Shown here: positions 12,616 to 24,332 of the stretch, piece after piece | Layout: the number at the start of each line of letters is the position of its first letter | Numbering within the stretch: the stretch's first letter is position 1 | Translations under genes and position numbers: made by a program | The notes under the pieces: generated by a model | What the model saw: only the letters and a program-made list of their open reading frames with translations | What the model was told of the DNA's origin: nothing | The model's database searches: none | Assembly: GCA_964035575.1 (NCBI GenBank) | Contig: OZ037837.1 | Span: forward strand, 62,001 to 126,000 | Source: Rhynchopus sp. YZ270_cl-10 | Lineage: Eukaryota | DNA length: 64,000 nucleotides | Direction of reading: 5' to 3'

Positions 12616-12975
12616 TTGTGAAGCATCTGTGCGTGGGTAGGTGTTGTGGGTGTTGTGGTAAGGGAAAGGGCAACCCAAAAAGTACTCAATATGAGCTGGG
12701 TGCGAGACTGTGGGAGAAGCTCTCGAGGGACTTGCACGTTTAAAAACCAGAATATGGATTATTGCTGCTTTGGAAGGAAAAGAAAAAAAACCTTTTTTAG
12801 TAACTCCTGATGAAAACGATGATCTCCCCTCGGAGGCTCCCCTTTGTGCCGTTTTTATTTTTCCTTCCTTCAAAACTTCACACACAACGCTTTTGGTTTT
12901 TGGAAGACACACAAGGTGCTGGGTTCTATGATATGCACGGAACCACCCTGCAACTGTTTGTCATATAATATTATT

Positions 12976-13891
12976 CATACTTGGACCGCCCGAAATATAT
13001 TTCGGGCGAATTCGGGCGAATTTTTCGGGCGCGGATCCCGAGCGCCCGAAATGTGCCCGAAATATATTTCGGGCATTTTAAAGGGAATTTATACGTAATT
13101 CGGGCGAATTCGGGCGCATTTCGGGCGAATTTGGGCACATTTCGGGCGAATTCGGGCGATTTCGGGCAGATTCGGGCGAATTCGGGCGCACAACCAGTAT
13201 CTTATGTGTGCTGGGAAGCATGCCACCAGTGTAAAAATCTAACGCTTTATTTGAAAGATTGGCACAAAATTTATTCAAAGAAAAAAAAATTGAGCAAAAA
13301 TTCCTAGTAGAACCCAACTTTTATGAGTGCAGCTCTGTTAGCAGCCACGTATAAAACCGATTTCCCTAACAATTTACACTAAAATACTACTAAAAACGTA
13401 AAAAGGCAATTTTTCACGTTTTTGGGCATCTCCTGAGCAACTACAGGCCCGAAACACCCCGAGAATGGGTCAGAACCACCCTGTGACCCGAAAATTCACA
13501 AAAATTCACCCTGAAATACGAAAAAATAGTGAAAACCCGGTTCATAGTGTGTTTTGGGTGGGAATAAGCAAATGATAGTCAGAAAACCCGTGATTTGGTG
13601 GTGATTCTCACGGGCCTCCAAAGTGCACTCAGGTGTACAAAAGTTTTCGATTATTGCTTATTTTGACAGATTTGACATCAAATCTTTCCAAATATAAAAA
13701 GTTTTTTGCGAAAATGAGTAGAACCCTACCTAGTCGGTTTTCACTAAGGAAAAAGCGCCCGAATTCGCCCGAAATCTGCATTTCGGGCGACTTCGGGCGT
13801 TTTCGGGCGAATTCAGGCGCACAAAATCGCCCGAAATCCGCCCCTAATTCGCCCGAAATGCCCGAAATTTATTTCGGGCGGTCCAAGTATG
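12976..13891. mobile_element. non-autonomous hAT-like TIR element (CATACTTGGACCGCCCGAAAT TIRs, many TTCGGGCGAA subterminal repeats, apparent 6-bp ATTATT TSD)
   Basis: ~32-bp TIRs; ATTATT at 12970-12975 and 13892-13897; a paralogous site without the element at ~58020-58093. Confidence 0.8.
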
Positions 13892-14391
13892 ATTATTATG
13901 TTGTTTCCCGTTTAAAAAAAGCATTTTTTGTTTACAGTCAACATATTGGTCTCGCCGGACCTGAGAAAACGGGTGTACGTTGATCATACACACGTACCTC
14001 GCTATGCGAGTCCAAAAAGAAAAGGTAAGTAAAAATAAAGGAATGGGTTCCGAGTTCAGGGGGATGCCCTCGTCCGCAGCCATCATGGGCTCCCTCAGAC
14101 GCTCGGTTTTGAAAATATTTTGGGTCCAGTATCCGCCATGTGGCCTTACGGACACCGGTTCAACTGTGCAATGAAAAAGGAAAATAAAAATTGGGATATG
14201 AGTGTGCCTCAAGTGCATACCCATCTAAACATATCATTGAAAAGCAACTACTCAATGTGAAAGGAAAAATTAGAAATATGAGTGTGCTACAAGTGCATAT
14301 CCATCTAAACATAACAGCTGTGAAGATCAGAAATAGATAAAAAGGAATGGGCTCCGAGTTCAGGGTGAGCCCTCGTCCGCAGCTGACTGTA

Positions 14392-14717
14392 CTATGTACG
14401 GTGAGGAAATCTCCTCTTTGGGTCCAACACAGTGGTGTCTCTAAATTGGATTTTTTTTTCGGGGACATGACACTTGTGACATATCTTAGGAAATCTTTTA
14501 GTAGACGCGAAGACGATTCTCGTGCTCCTCACTTCACCCCCACACTATGTCAATACAACAGGTTAGACCGTTTGGTCTGGGAGGGTTTGGGGTTTCTTCT
14601 TTCTCTCAGTTCAATCTTGAACAATTTCGAGAGGATCTTTTATATTTTTCAAAAAAAATCCAATTTAGAGACACCACTGTGTTGGACCCAAAGAGGAGAT
14701 TTCCTCACCGTACATAG
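14392..14717. mobile_element. TA-flanked MITE with ~68-bp TIRs
   Basis: ctatgtacggtgaggaaatctcctctttgggtccaacacagtggtgtctctaaattgga mirrored at ~14659-14717; TA on both sides. Confidence 0.85.
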
Positions 14718-16230
14718 TACACTGTACAGGACTCAGTACATAGTACCCATTCTCCCGCCGCCCACTCGCTCGCCCCAGATGCATATTTTTGAGCGTCCGA
14801 CCCCGGAATTGAACGTTTTCGCACCCTATCTTTCCAAGAATATTATTTTTCAGAATGTGCCCGGGCCATAAAATTGACAAAATCCACCTGTCCACAGTCT
14901 AGTACGTTTGAGAGGCAGGGGTGTAATATATTCACCCGAAAAGGCGCGTATATGAATTTCCGGAAGTTGTCGATTTTCAACAACCTTCCTTCACCCCCCC
15001 TTTTCTTTGGATTTATTTTTGACAAATCTTTCAATTCCGACCATTTTTCTCAACTGGAAACATACTCCACGGTACGCAACTTTTGGTGGAGCCGACCACT
15101 CTTCCTGCACTGAAAATCCCCTGTATTACATGTACAAAGCATTGGAGCCACTTTTTTTTGACTTCTACTCCACTAAAATGGTCGTTTTTTTTTTAGGCAA
15201 CTGCCTGGCAAAGGTTGTAGGGGAGGAAATGAAAACATATCTGAGGAGGGTGTCTAAAAAGGTCAAAAATGGAAAAAATGGAAAAAAAGGTAGAAAAATT
15301 TTGGGTGTTTTTGACCAAAAAAAGAGTGAGGGGAGTTGGGTCCAGTCATAGGGGAGTATAGCAATTTTTTTAAAAAAAATTCTACCAAAAATGCACAGCA
15401 TTTTTCAAGCACATAGGCAGATTTTCGCTTTTTTATAAAAAATTGAGGAAACCGAAATATCCCACTGTAGCTGTCTTCGAAAACGGCCTCTGAGGTCGGA
15501 GCCCAAAAGGCATGCTCTTGAAAGCATGACAATTTGATTGCGTATGGACAAAGCAAATAACCAAGTATGAATTCTGAGTTGAAATGTGAGAGATGTTGTG
15601 GGAAGGGGAGTTCGCTCCTTTCAACGATGACCTCGTTGTTCTTCATAGGCTCGTCTTAACCGACCACATAAATAAAATTGTGCCGGACTCGAAGGAATTC
15701 TAAGCACGCCCGCGTGGTAGCTAAACACTGACTCTCTCTCAATTCAACAAAGAAGGAATAGTTGGTAATTTGTGGAGCACCCGTGCATGAAAATTGTAAA
15801 ACTTTGCGCCCCACGTTGCCCCAGAACACGGCTTCCTTTGTAACCGGTTCTGGCCCAACGTGGACTGCCTGTTCACCCTTTCCGGGTGGCTGGTGGTTTC
15901 TGGCATCATTTTTGGGCTCCGGCTCGGTTAGGCATTTTAGGGCAATAAAACAAGCCATACCATGTGGGGCACCAAGAGTGCCCCAGCCAAAGTGGCCTGA
16001 CTTGTTGCCCTTTGTTCAGACTTGCCCCAAAAAAGTTCAGACTTGCCCTAAAAAAAGTGTTTGCCCTAAAAATAAGTTCAGACTTGCCCTAAAAACACTT
16101 TTAGGAGGGCGGACCTTGCCCTACCAGGAAAAACAACCAAATTTAATAGGTATGGCCGTATCAGTTTTTTCTCGTTTTCTTATCGGTGACTCAAGAAACA
16201 AAGTGTCAATAAACCCCCAAAAATATTAGC

Positions 16231-17277
16231 CTATATGAAATTCCGGAATTTGACCACTCGAGGCGCGAGCTCTCCTTCTGCAATCGGTTTACTTCTGAAA
16301 GTCATGTCGAAGCAGTCTTCACGCAACCCCTTTGTAGACGCCACCTTCCGACGCAAGTCCCTGACCGTGTCATCCGCACTCAGCTTAATATCGTGTTCCT
16401 TTCCATGCACCCCCCGCTCATGGACAGACACGTGCACAGCAAGCGCTGACTTCTTGGTTAGGGCATCGTGCACGTTCGAAACAAGCAGCTTCAGGGAAAA
16501 CGTTGCTTGTGGGGGTGCAGCACCCACAAGGCGGTGGCGGTCTCCACTCGCTGCTGTCATGCTGTTGCTGCTCCGCACAACAGCCTGCGACTCTGTGACC
16601 GCACGCAGAACCTGGTCGTCACCAAGCTGGAGCACCTTCTCGCACTCAGCAATCATGTGTCCTGCCTTCGCAGCAAACGTCTTCAGCGCACACACCTCCC
16701 CTTCACGACTGAGTGCCTGTGTGAGGAAGCTCCGTGCCACCTCCTCCTCACACATGACTTCGCTGCGCGACACATCCTCACGCATCACGAGGTGTCCGAC
16801 GTGTGTCTGAAGGAGAAGGTCTTTGTACGTGTCCTCTAGGGGTGGGAGTGCCTCAATCTCACGGCACTTCTCCTCTGAAGCAGACTGCTGTGTTGTCATG
16901 TCTGCTACGTGCGAGCGGAGGGTGTTGCGCTGGCGTTTCATGTAGTCTGTGATGTCAACTGTCTTGTGACCCGCATGTGTGTCGCACTTGTCGCAGCGCA
17001 TGCAGATCAACGCTTCTCCACAAGCAGGGTTTAGACAGACGAGGCACAGCTCTTGGCCTGGGTGATGTGCACACCTCGACGACGTCCCGTACGGAGTCAC
17101 AGAAGCGTGATGTGTCTCACGGTCGCGTGGCCTTGGGTGGCAAGCATCGTAGCACGCAGGTGTGTCGCAGAAGAACAGCTCCGTGCAGACCCCACACTGC
17201 AGCTGTGCAGGCTGGTCACAGTTCTCACACTCCCCGCTGGGCATCTGTGGTGCGGTGGGCTGCGTGCCAGACTCCAT
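16231..17277 (-). CDS. B-box/B-box/coiled-coil/ubiquitin-like protein (RING-less TRIM-like), C-terminally truncated copy
   Basis: CxxC...CxxC...C...H B-box1 and CxxH...C...CxxC...HxxH B-box2; Ubl segment DTVRDLRRKVAS; homology to paralogs stops after IAEGE. Confidence 0.7.
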   Translation of the reverse strand: MESGTQPTAPQMPSGECENCDQPAQLQCGVCTELFFCDTPACYDACHPRPRDRETHHASVTPYGTSSRCAHHPGQELCLVCLNPACGEALICMRCDKCDTHAGHKTVDITDYMKRQRNTLRSHVADMTTQQSASEEKCREIEALPPLEDTYKDLLLQTHVGHLVMREDVSRSEVMCEEEVARSFLTQALSREGEVCALKTFAAKAGHMIAECEKVLQLGDDQVLRAVTESQAVVRSSNSMTAASGDRHRLVGAAPPQATFSLKLLVSNVHDALTKKSALAVHVSVHERGVHGKEHDIKLSADDTVRDLRRKVASTKGLREDCFDMTFRSKPIAEGELAPRVVKFRNFI

Positions 17278-18190
17278 GTTGCGTGTTTCGAGGTGAAAGG
17301 GTGCAGGGGTATCTGGAAGGGGTTGGGTGGGTGCATGGGATAAAAACAGAGTGTGGGATCAAAGACTGGAGAACACAAAGTAGTGAGTTCGTGTCAAAGC
17401 ATGTTGTTGGTGTTCTTGCAAATCATAAACAATCCCTTTCATTTGCTTCTCCTTCACATAACACTTGCTCCAAGGTGTGTGGTGCTGTGGGGGTGTGATT
17501 GAGAACAGGTGGTTATCCCTGGCAGTCGGAATATAGCCCATGACTCGCGTCACAGCTGACAACCCTGAGGGGTCGTTTCTGTGGTGAAGATGGGGAAGAT
17601 ATCCACAGAAAGTGTTAATGTTATGCTGTCCGCTGTGTCGGTGACAAGTTCGGCAGCAGTCACTAGCCTTTTGTTGCGCAGTTCACACATACCCACACAA
17701 ATGCATAGGTCTGTGGTTGTCGCAGTAGTCTATTTACACCTCCAGGCCGTCTCCCTCACAGTGGTGGATTCTGCAGCACGTTTCCACCGGTGTGCACGCA
17801 CCTGAGGCTCAACATCTCACCTTGTCGTGCGCTAGGCATGTGTGCAATTTTCCCTTCTTTACACCAGGAGGGGAAGAGCGGGCTGGGCGCTTCCCCCGCT
17901 CAGCCAAAGTTTGCTGTTCCTGTCTCGCCAGGTTGAAGGCGTTGATTGCAATCAGGGGGGTAGTGCGTATGCGGCAGCGACCCGCAAGGGGAGTGCCTTG
18001 CTGTGGTCGCTTTGGTTGAAGCGGGGGGGATTCATTTAGCCTTGGTGAAGATCCAGAACATCGTTGCTTACTTACGGCATGCGCCGCGACGGAAGAGTTC
18101 TTGAAGGGAGACATCGTTACCATACGGATGGCAGGCGCCGCAGTGCTGTTGGCGTAGCAAAGGTCTATGCGTGTCTGCGCTTCTACGTCT

Positions 18191-18778
18191 TCAGTGCACA
18201 TACCTACGACAGAGTGCATGTGTGAGGAAGCTCCGTGCCACCTTCTCCTCACACATGACTTCGCTGCGAGACACATCCTCACGCATCACGAAGTGTCTGA
18301 CGTGTGTCTGAAGGAGAAGGTCTTTGTACCTGTACTCCAGGGGTGGGAGTGCCTCAAGCAAACGGCACTTCTCCTCTGCACCAGTCCGCAGTGGTGTCAG
18401 GTTTGCCACGTGCGAGCGGAGGGTGTTGCGCTAGCGTTTCGTATAGTCTGTGATGTCAACTGTCCTGTGTCCTGAATGTGTGTCGCACTTGTCACAGTAC
18501 ATGCAGATCAACGCTTCTCCACAAGCAGGGTTTAGACAGACGAGGGACAGCTCTTGGCCTGGGTGATGTGCACACTTCGACGACATCCCGTACGCAGTCA
18601 CAGAAGCGCGATGTGTCTCACGGTCACGTGCCTTCAAGGATGAGTGGAACACTTCGAAGCACGCAGGTGTGTCGCAGAAGAACAGCTCCTTGCAGTTCCC
18701 GCACTGCAGCTGTGCACACGCGTCACAGTACTCACAGCTGGGCATCTGTGGTGCAGTGGGCTGCGTGTCACACCCCAT
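18191..18778 (-). pseudogene. B-box TRIM-like pseudogene (in-frame TAG at 18431-18433, truncated in the coiled coil)
   Basis: ORFs 18431-18835 and 18191-18409 are in one frame, split by a stop where paralogs encode Q; homology lost after ARSFLTHALC. Confidence 0.8.
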
Positions 18779-19109
18779 GTTGTGTGTTTCGAAGAGGTGG
18801 GAGGGTGCAGGGGTATCTGGAAGGGGTTGGTGCAAAGGTGGATATTGACATCATGTCGGAATAAAGATAAGCCTACGGTGCAAGCAGCATGCATTGATGA
18901 TGAGGTGAAGTGTGTGGGTGGGAAGAAAGGGGTGGGCATGTTACTCATTAGCTTTCATTTGCCTTTGTCCTGACGTACAATGGGTCACTGCGACCCCTAC
19001 AGTGTCAGGGAGGAGGTAGCAAGGGTGAAGTGGAGTATGCCGTTGTAAAAAAAGGTCTGCCTGGCAAGAGTAGGATCTCACTACCGCCCACTCCTCACCG
19101 GTGGTCAGC

Positions 19110-19593
19110 TTAAGGCATAGCACGAAAACGGTGATTCACCAAATAGAACTCAATGCCCAAAGCACAAAACGCTTGAATAGGATTGCAGTAATACTCATCA
19201 AGTTGAGCACCCCATGCACAGTGTGATGCGTCTGGTCTGGATGAACTCCCCTCTCATATTACGCAAATTAACACCAAAAAAAGCCTGGATCTCCTCGTGT
19301 AGGTCAAATTGGTAAAACCAACTTTTGCCGTCCGCGAGTGCGGCCCAGGAAGAATCAAAAACTCGGTCAATCACCTGAGGGATCTTCGGAAGAAGCATCT
19401 CAGGTGGCCGGAACATTAAATTATTAAGCTTCCATCCATCCGCAACAAAGCAAACACCCGCAGTTTTCTTGGGTACAGTGAAGGCGTGCAATATACCACT
19501 GTTTGACGAGCGGGCACATGCTTTACCACCCCGTATTCTGACAACTGTCAAGATGGTGCGCCATGTTTCTGGAAATAGACGAAAAAAATACAT
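19110..19593 (-). mobile_element. degenerate reverse-transcriptase fragment of a tyrosine-recombinase (DIRS/VIPER/TATE-like) retrotransposon
   Basis: AFTVPKK...VADG..LN....P...LP and DGKSWFYQFDL....QAFF....LCMG motifs; downstream frame ALGIEFYLVNHRFR resembles a late RT motif. Confidence 0.7.
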
Positions 19594-20830
19594 TAGTATT
19601 ATGTACCGTTTTGGGCCGCTGTAATTGTGCTGTAATTGTGGTGTAATTGTGGTGTAATTGTGGTGTAATTGTGGTGTAATTGTGGCGTGATTGTGCTCAG
19701 TTTTGGTCAGTTCTGCTCAGTTCTGCGTAAGTGTGTGTACGTGTGCGTAAGTGTACGTAAGTGTGCGTAAGTGTTGGTACTTGTGGGTACGTGTGTGTAA
19801 GTGTGCAAAAACGGGTTTTTTTGTTTTGTATACAACAGACGAAGCGGTACGCGTACGGTTGTAAAGAAATAATACAGACCGAAATGTTTGGGCGCCTTCG
19901 TTTCGAATGATTGGAATTGTGTGTGTAGTTCAGACATAAATACTGGTTCTTCTATCTGGTTCTTTTATTCATTGTTTTCCTTTCATTGCCCTTTGCTTGT
20001 GCTCCCCGACTCCAATTCAACCAACACTTACAGAGGGGGGTCAAAAAGTTATTAGCGTTTTTCATTAAAAAAAAAAAAAAAAAAAAAAGAAGGAAAGGAG
20101 ATAATTGGCGTTATTGTTGTTATTGGGATTTACAGTCTCACATTGTCTTTTTCGTTCGTTGTTTCTATTTAGACACGTTGGGCCTAATGCTCCTGCACTG
20201 TTCGATGCTAGTATGTAATCACAGAGCACCTTAGGGTCTGACTATTACGCGCAGTACCGTCGAGGGACGTACTGTTGCAACGAACTTCACACCATTTCTC
20301 CGACTGTTTAGGTAGCCGCTTACATACAGCTCACAGGCGTCGCATCTGGGCAGTTTTTTACGTGGCGTTCGCCCTCACTCTTTGTCTTTCGACTCAGCAG
20401 CCATGGCGCGGGTCGTTTCACGAATATTGAGGGAATAAGCTACAGTTTTGTTGAATTGAATTGGAGAAGGGGATGCGTCCAATGAAAATCACGTCGTGTA
20501 GAAGAGTTCAAGAATGTAGGTTTTATTATTTTTCTGCATGTTTCTCCTGCTCTCTTATCTTAAATTTAGTGCCCAATAATGCTGAAGGTCGGCCAACAAG
20601 ACTTTGATAACATTTCTCTTAATATTGCACTTTTTTTGGCGTGGCTGCATAACCGATTCCCCGCGTTTCTACCAGTTGTCATGCCGGTTAGGGGGGCATT
20701 CATGTGTTGAAAAAAAAAATTGTTTTCGTTGGTGAATCTTTTAAACGCCGGCATTTGCATTTCCGGAATCCGTCCGGCCAGTGATGGGGTCAATTTGCCG
20801 AAATGGACACGTTCTCGTTGTTGGTCAATT

Positions 20831-20992
20831 ACACAGTATACACAGTATACACAGTATACACAGTATACACAGTATACACAGTATACACAGTATACACAGT
20901 ATACACAGTATACACAGTATACACAGTATACACAGTATACACAGTATACACAGTATACACAGTATACACAGTATACACAGTATACACAGTAT
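20831..20992. repeat. (ACACAGTAT)18 tandem repeat
   Basis: Perfect 9-mer array. Confidence 0.97.
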
Positions 20993-20993
20993 T

Positions 20994-21977
20994 AATTATA
21001 TACTCTAGGTAAATATTGAAGCCATATTTACCTGAGGGGGGTGTCAACCACCAAGGGTTCGGATTTACCGAGCCGAAGGCGAGGTAAATCCGCACCCGAG
21101 GTGGTTGACACCCCCCGAAGGTAAATATCTTCAATATTTACCAAGAGTTTGTAATTTTATTTCCCAAAATAAAGTGCCAAAAGCCAAATTGCTTAGGAGA
21201 TTGTGACCCTTGCGTGATGGGTGTGTGGGGAGGTGAATGGTGGTGGTAAACAAAAACTTTTTGGTCGTAGCCTCCTTCTTTTACGAACCCTTAGGAGGAG
21301 AGTGCCCAAACGGGGGGAAAGCCACTTGCAGCTTCTCCCCGTTTTCGTGTTCATGTGTGTAAATAAGCCTACTGAACACAACCACATGGTGTTGGGTTTA
21401 TACTCCTTCTCCTAGGCTTGTTCACAGAAGTGTACTTTGGTGTAACCCTAGATGGTCAAAACACCCGATTTTTGCGGGTTTTTGCATTTTTTGGTGCCCA
21501 AAAACCCAACCCAGGGGTCGAATTTTTCCCGGATTTTTTTTTTTTCTGAGATTTTTTTTGATTTTTTGACAAGGCGTTGGCCCATACATTTTGACAGGTA
21601 CAGGTGGATTTTTGTACAGAAAATGACCGGGGAATAAATTTGTGATGCTCAAAACAGCCCAATTCTTGCTTTTTTTGATTTTTTGGTCCCAGAAGGGTGC
21701 CTAGGGTGTAGTGAGCAGTCACAAAAAACACTTGTGAAAAAAGAGAAAAAAAATTTTTTTGCCGGGAAAATATTATAATATTTTACCTACCCATTTTTGG
21801 CTGGGATCCCCGGCTATTTACTATATTTTACCTGCTCAAATTACTATATTTACCTGCTCCAATTTTTTACGTGTAAATTGGTCGGGGAAAATCTGAAAAT
21901 AGCAGGGAAATACTGACACTTTACCGTCCCTGCCTCCTAAGCAATTTGGCTTGAGGCACTTTATTTCGGGGAATAAA
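20994..21977. mobile_element. palindromic non-autonomous element: ~160-bp hairpin (apex GCC-GAA-GGC) plus a 44-bp subterminal inverted-repeat pair; Crypton-like architecture inferred
   Basis: Hairpin 20994-21156; IR 21156-21199 vs 21934-21977; left arm recurs at 45943-46031. Confidence 0.6.
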
Positions 21978-21987
21978 CACAGTATAC

Positions 21988-23152
21988 ACAGTACAGTACA
22001 GTACAGTACAGTACAGTACAGTACAGTACAGTACAGTACAGTACAGTACAGTACAGTACAGTACAGTACAGTACAGTACAGTACAGTACAGTACAGTACA
22101 GTACAGTACAGTACAGTACAGTACAGTACAGTACAGTACAGTACAGTGCAGTACAGTACAGTACAGTACAGTACAGTACAGTACAGTACAGTACAGTACA
22201 GTACAGTACAGTACAGTACAGTACAGTACAGTACAGTACAGTACAGTACAGTACAGTACAGTACAGTACAGTACAGTACAGTACAGTACAGTACAGTACA
22301 GTACAGTACAGTACAGTACAGTACAGTACAGTACAGTACAGTACAGTACAGTACAGTACAGTACAGTACAGTACAGTACAGTACAGTACAGTACAGTGCA
22401 GTACAGTACAGTACAGTACAGTACAGTACAGTACAGTACAGTACAGTACAGTACAGTACAGTACAGTACAGTACAGTACAGTACAGTACAGTACAGTACA
22501 GTACAGTACAGTACAGTACAGTACAGTACAGTACAGTACAGTACAGTACAGTACAGTACAGTACAGTACAGTACAGTACAGTACAGTACAGTACAGTACA
22601 GTACAGTACAGTACAGTACAGTACAGTACAGTACAGTACAGTACAGTACAGTACAGTACAGTACAGTACAGTACAGTACAGTACAGTACAGTACAGTACA
22701 GTACAGTACAGTACAGTACAGTACAGTACAGTACAGTACAGTACAGTACAGTACAGTACAGTACAGTACAGTACAGTACAGTACAGTACAGTACAGTACA
22801 GTACAGTACAGTACAGTACAGTACAGTACAGTACAGTACAGTACAGTACAGTACAGTACAGTACAGTACAGTACAGTACAGTACAGTACAGTACAGTACA
22901 GTACAGTACAGTACAGTACAGTACAGTACAGTACAGTACAGTACAGTACAGTACAGTACAGTACAGTACAGTACAGTACAGTACAGTACAGTACAGTACA
23001 GTACAGTACAGTACAGTACAGTACAGTACAGTACAGTACAGTACAGTACAGTACAGTACAGTACAGTACAGTACAGTACAGTACAGTACAGTACAGTACA
23101 GTACAGTACAGTACAGTACAGTACAGTACAGTACAGTACAGTACAGTACAGT
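21988..23152. repeat. (ACAGT)~233 microsatellite
   Basis: 1165-bp 5-mer array with two A>G variants at 22148 and 22398. Confidence 0.98.
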
Positions 23153-24099
23153 GGTGGTATGCTTCCCTGTAGGGTGGTGTACCATTTTTTTCTTGTACAC
23201 AACACACGAAGCGGTACGCGCACGGTTGTTAGGAAATAATACAGACCGAAATGTTTGGGCGGCTTCGGTTCGAATGATTGGAATTGCGTGTGTAATTCAG
23301 ACATAAATACTGGCTCTTCTATCTTGTTCTTTACTGATTGTTTTCCTTTCATTGCCCTTTGCTTGTGCTCCCCGACTCCAATTCAATCAACACTTACAGA
23401 GGGGGGCTAAAAAGTTATTAGCGTTTTTCAAAAAAGGGGATGCGTCCAATGAAAATCACGTCGTTTAGAAGAGCTCAAGAATGTAGGTTTTATTATTTCC
23501 CAGCGTAATTTCGGTGTAATTGTGTGTAATTGTGTGTAATTGTGGTGTAATTGTGGTGTAATTGTGGTTAGTTGTGGTTAGTTGTGTGTACTTGTGCTGA
23601 AACTGTACTGGAATTGTGCCTAATATAGGCACAGCTCAGGTGAGTATGGTGCTAGCTGTGCCCAGTGGTGTCATAGGCAAAACGGTACATATTAGGGTGA
23701 AGAAATGTGAACCAGAGCCCCAGGCCTTGAAAAAACTATCGTGATAAGGTCTAAAACACGTTTGAGCTCACCCTCCTTGTACAAATATTTCACTTTATCT
23801 AAATGTAAAAAAGAAGCACAAATGGGGGCAAGCTGCTCAGATTGGCTAGTCACTGGTCGGTTCCCTGACATTCGAATTATGAACCAAAAACACAGACAGA
23901 ATCATAATTATTATAACAAGTCCAGACCCGGCCCGTAATACTCCCTTGCAGGGTTTAAGGGTTGTGGGGGAAGGGGGAGAAGGTGCATGAGAAAAAAGAA
24001 GGATTAACAAACAAGCTTTGTGAACACGGTGTAAAATTTAATAAGGGGGAGGGGAAAACAGGGTTTAGGTGTGGAGGAGCCGCGACGTTTCTGACCGCG

Positions 24100-24226
24100 C
24101 CCCCCGCCTCGTGCGCATAACGCATGACTGCATTCACATCCGAGTGACAGGTGAGCTGGAGGATCATCTCGAGGTCTACATCCTGACCTACGGTGCTGCA
24201 CCCGCCCCTGGTGGCCTTCTGAGACC
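24100..24226 (-). mobile_element. putative tyrosine-recombinase C-terminal remnant
   Basis: Frame reads ATRGGCSTVGQDVDLEMILQLTCHSDVNAVMRYA, matching the R-x-G...I..L..H.......RY spacing of YR box II and the catalytic Tyr. Confidence 0.4.
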
Positions 24227-24332
24227 TCTAAAAGGGAATCGGTTAGCAAAGAATAAAAGTTACTTTCAGTAGTTGGCGAAAGTTCACATTCGAGGTGGTG
24301 GTGGGTGGTTGTCACATAGTGAGCGTATAAGG

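Larger units (their letters stand above)
19600..23691. mobile_element. ~4.1-kb composite TIR element (14-bp TIR TATGTACCGTTTTG) with GTAATTGTG subterminal arrays, an internal duplicated ~250-bp block and nested repeats
   Basis: tatgtaccgttttg at 19600-19613, caaaacggtacata at 23678-23691; gtaattgtg arrays near both ends; ~19825-20065 repeated at ~23193-23430; TSD ambiguous (TA or ATT). Confidence 0.6.

Noticed and set aside
12980..13190. Regularly repeated TTCGGGCGAA units, and the arrays at 34170-34320 and 58168-58270, as possible CRISPR arrays
   Set aside because: No unique spacers and no cas genes; they are subterminal repeats of TIR elements in eukaryotic DNA
17809..18190. Open frame next to the B-box pseudogene, and ORFs at 10294-10670
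   Set aside because: No recognisable motif or paralog support in the window
20437..20448. aagctacagttt and scattered tttctgtactt-like words resembling the euglenozoan spliced leader as I recall it
   Set aside because: Matches of 11-12 bp only, with no full mini-exon or donor site
20720..21134. TQY / HSI / YTV repeat ORFs, and the YLCTCVPV ORFs at 62740-63285
   Set aside because: Translations of the 9-mer and 8-mer tandem repeats
21836..23352. Long YCTVL / QYSTV ORFs of 258-463 aa
   Set aside because: Translations of the stop-free (ACAGT)n microsatellite
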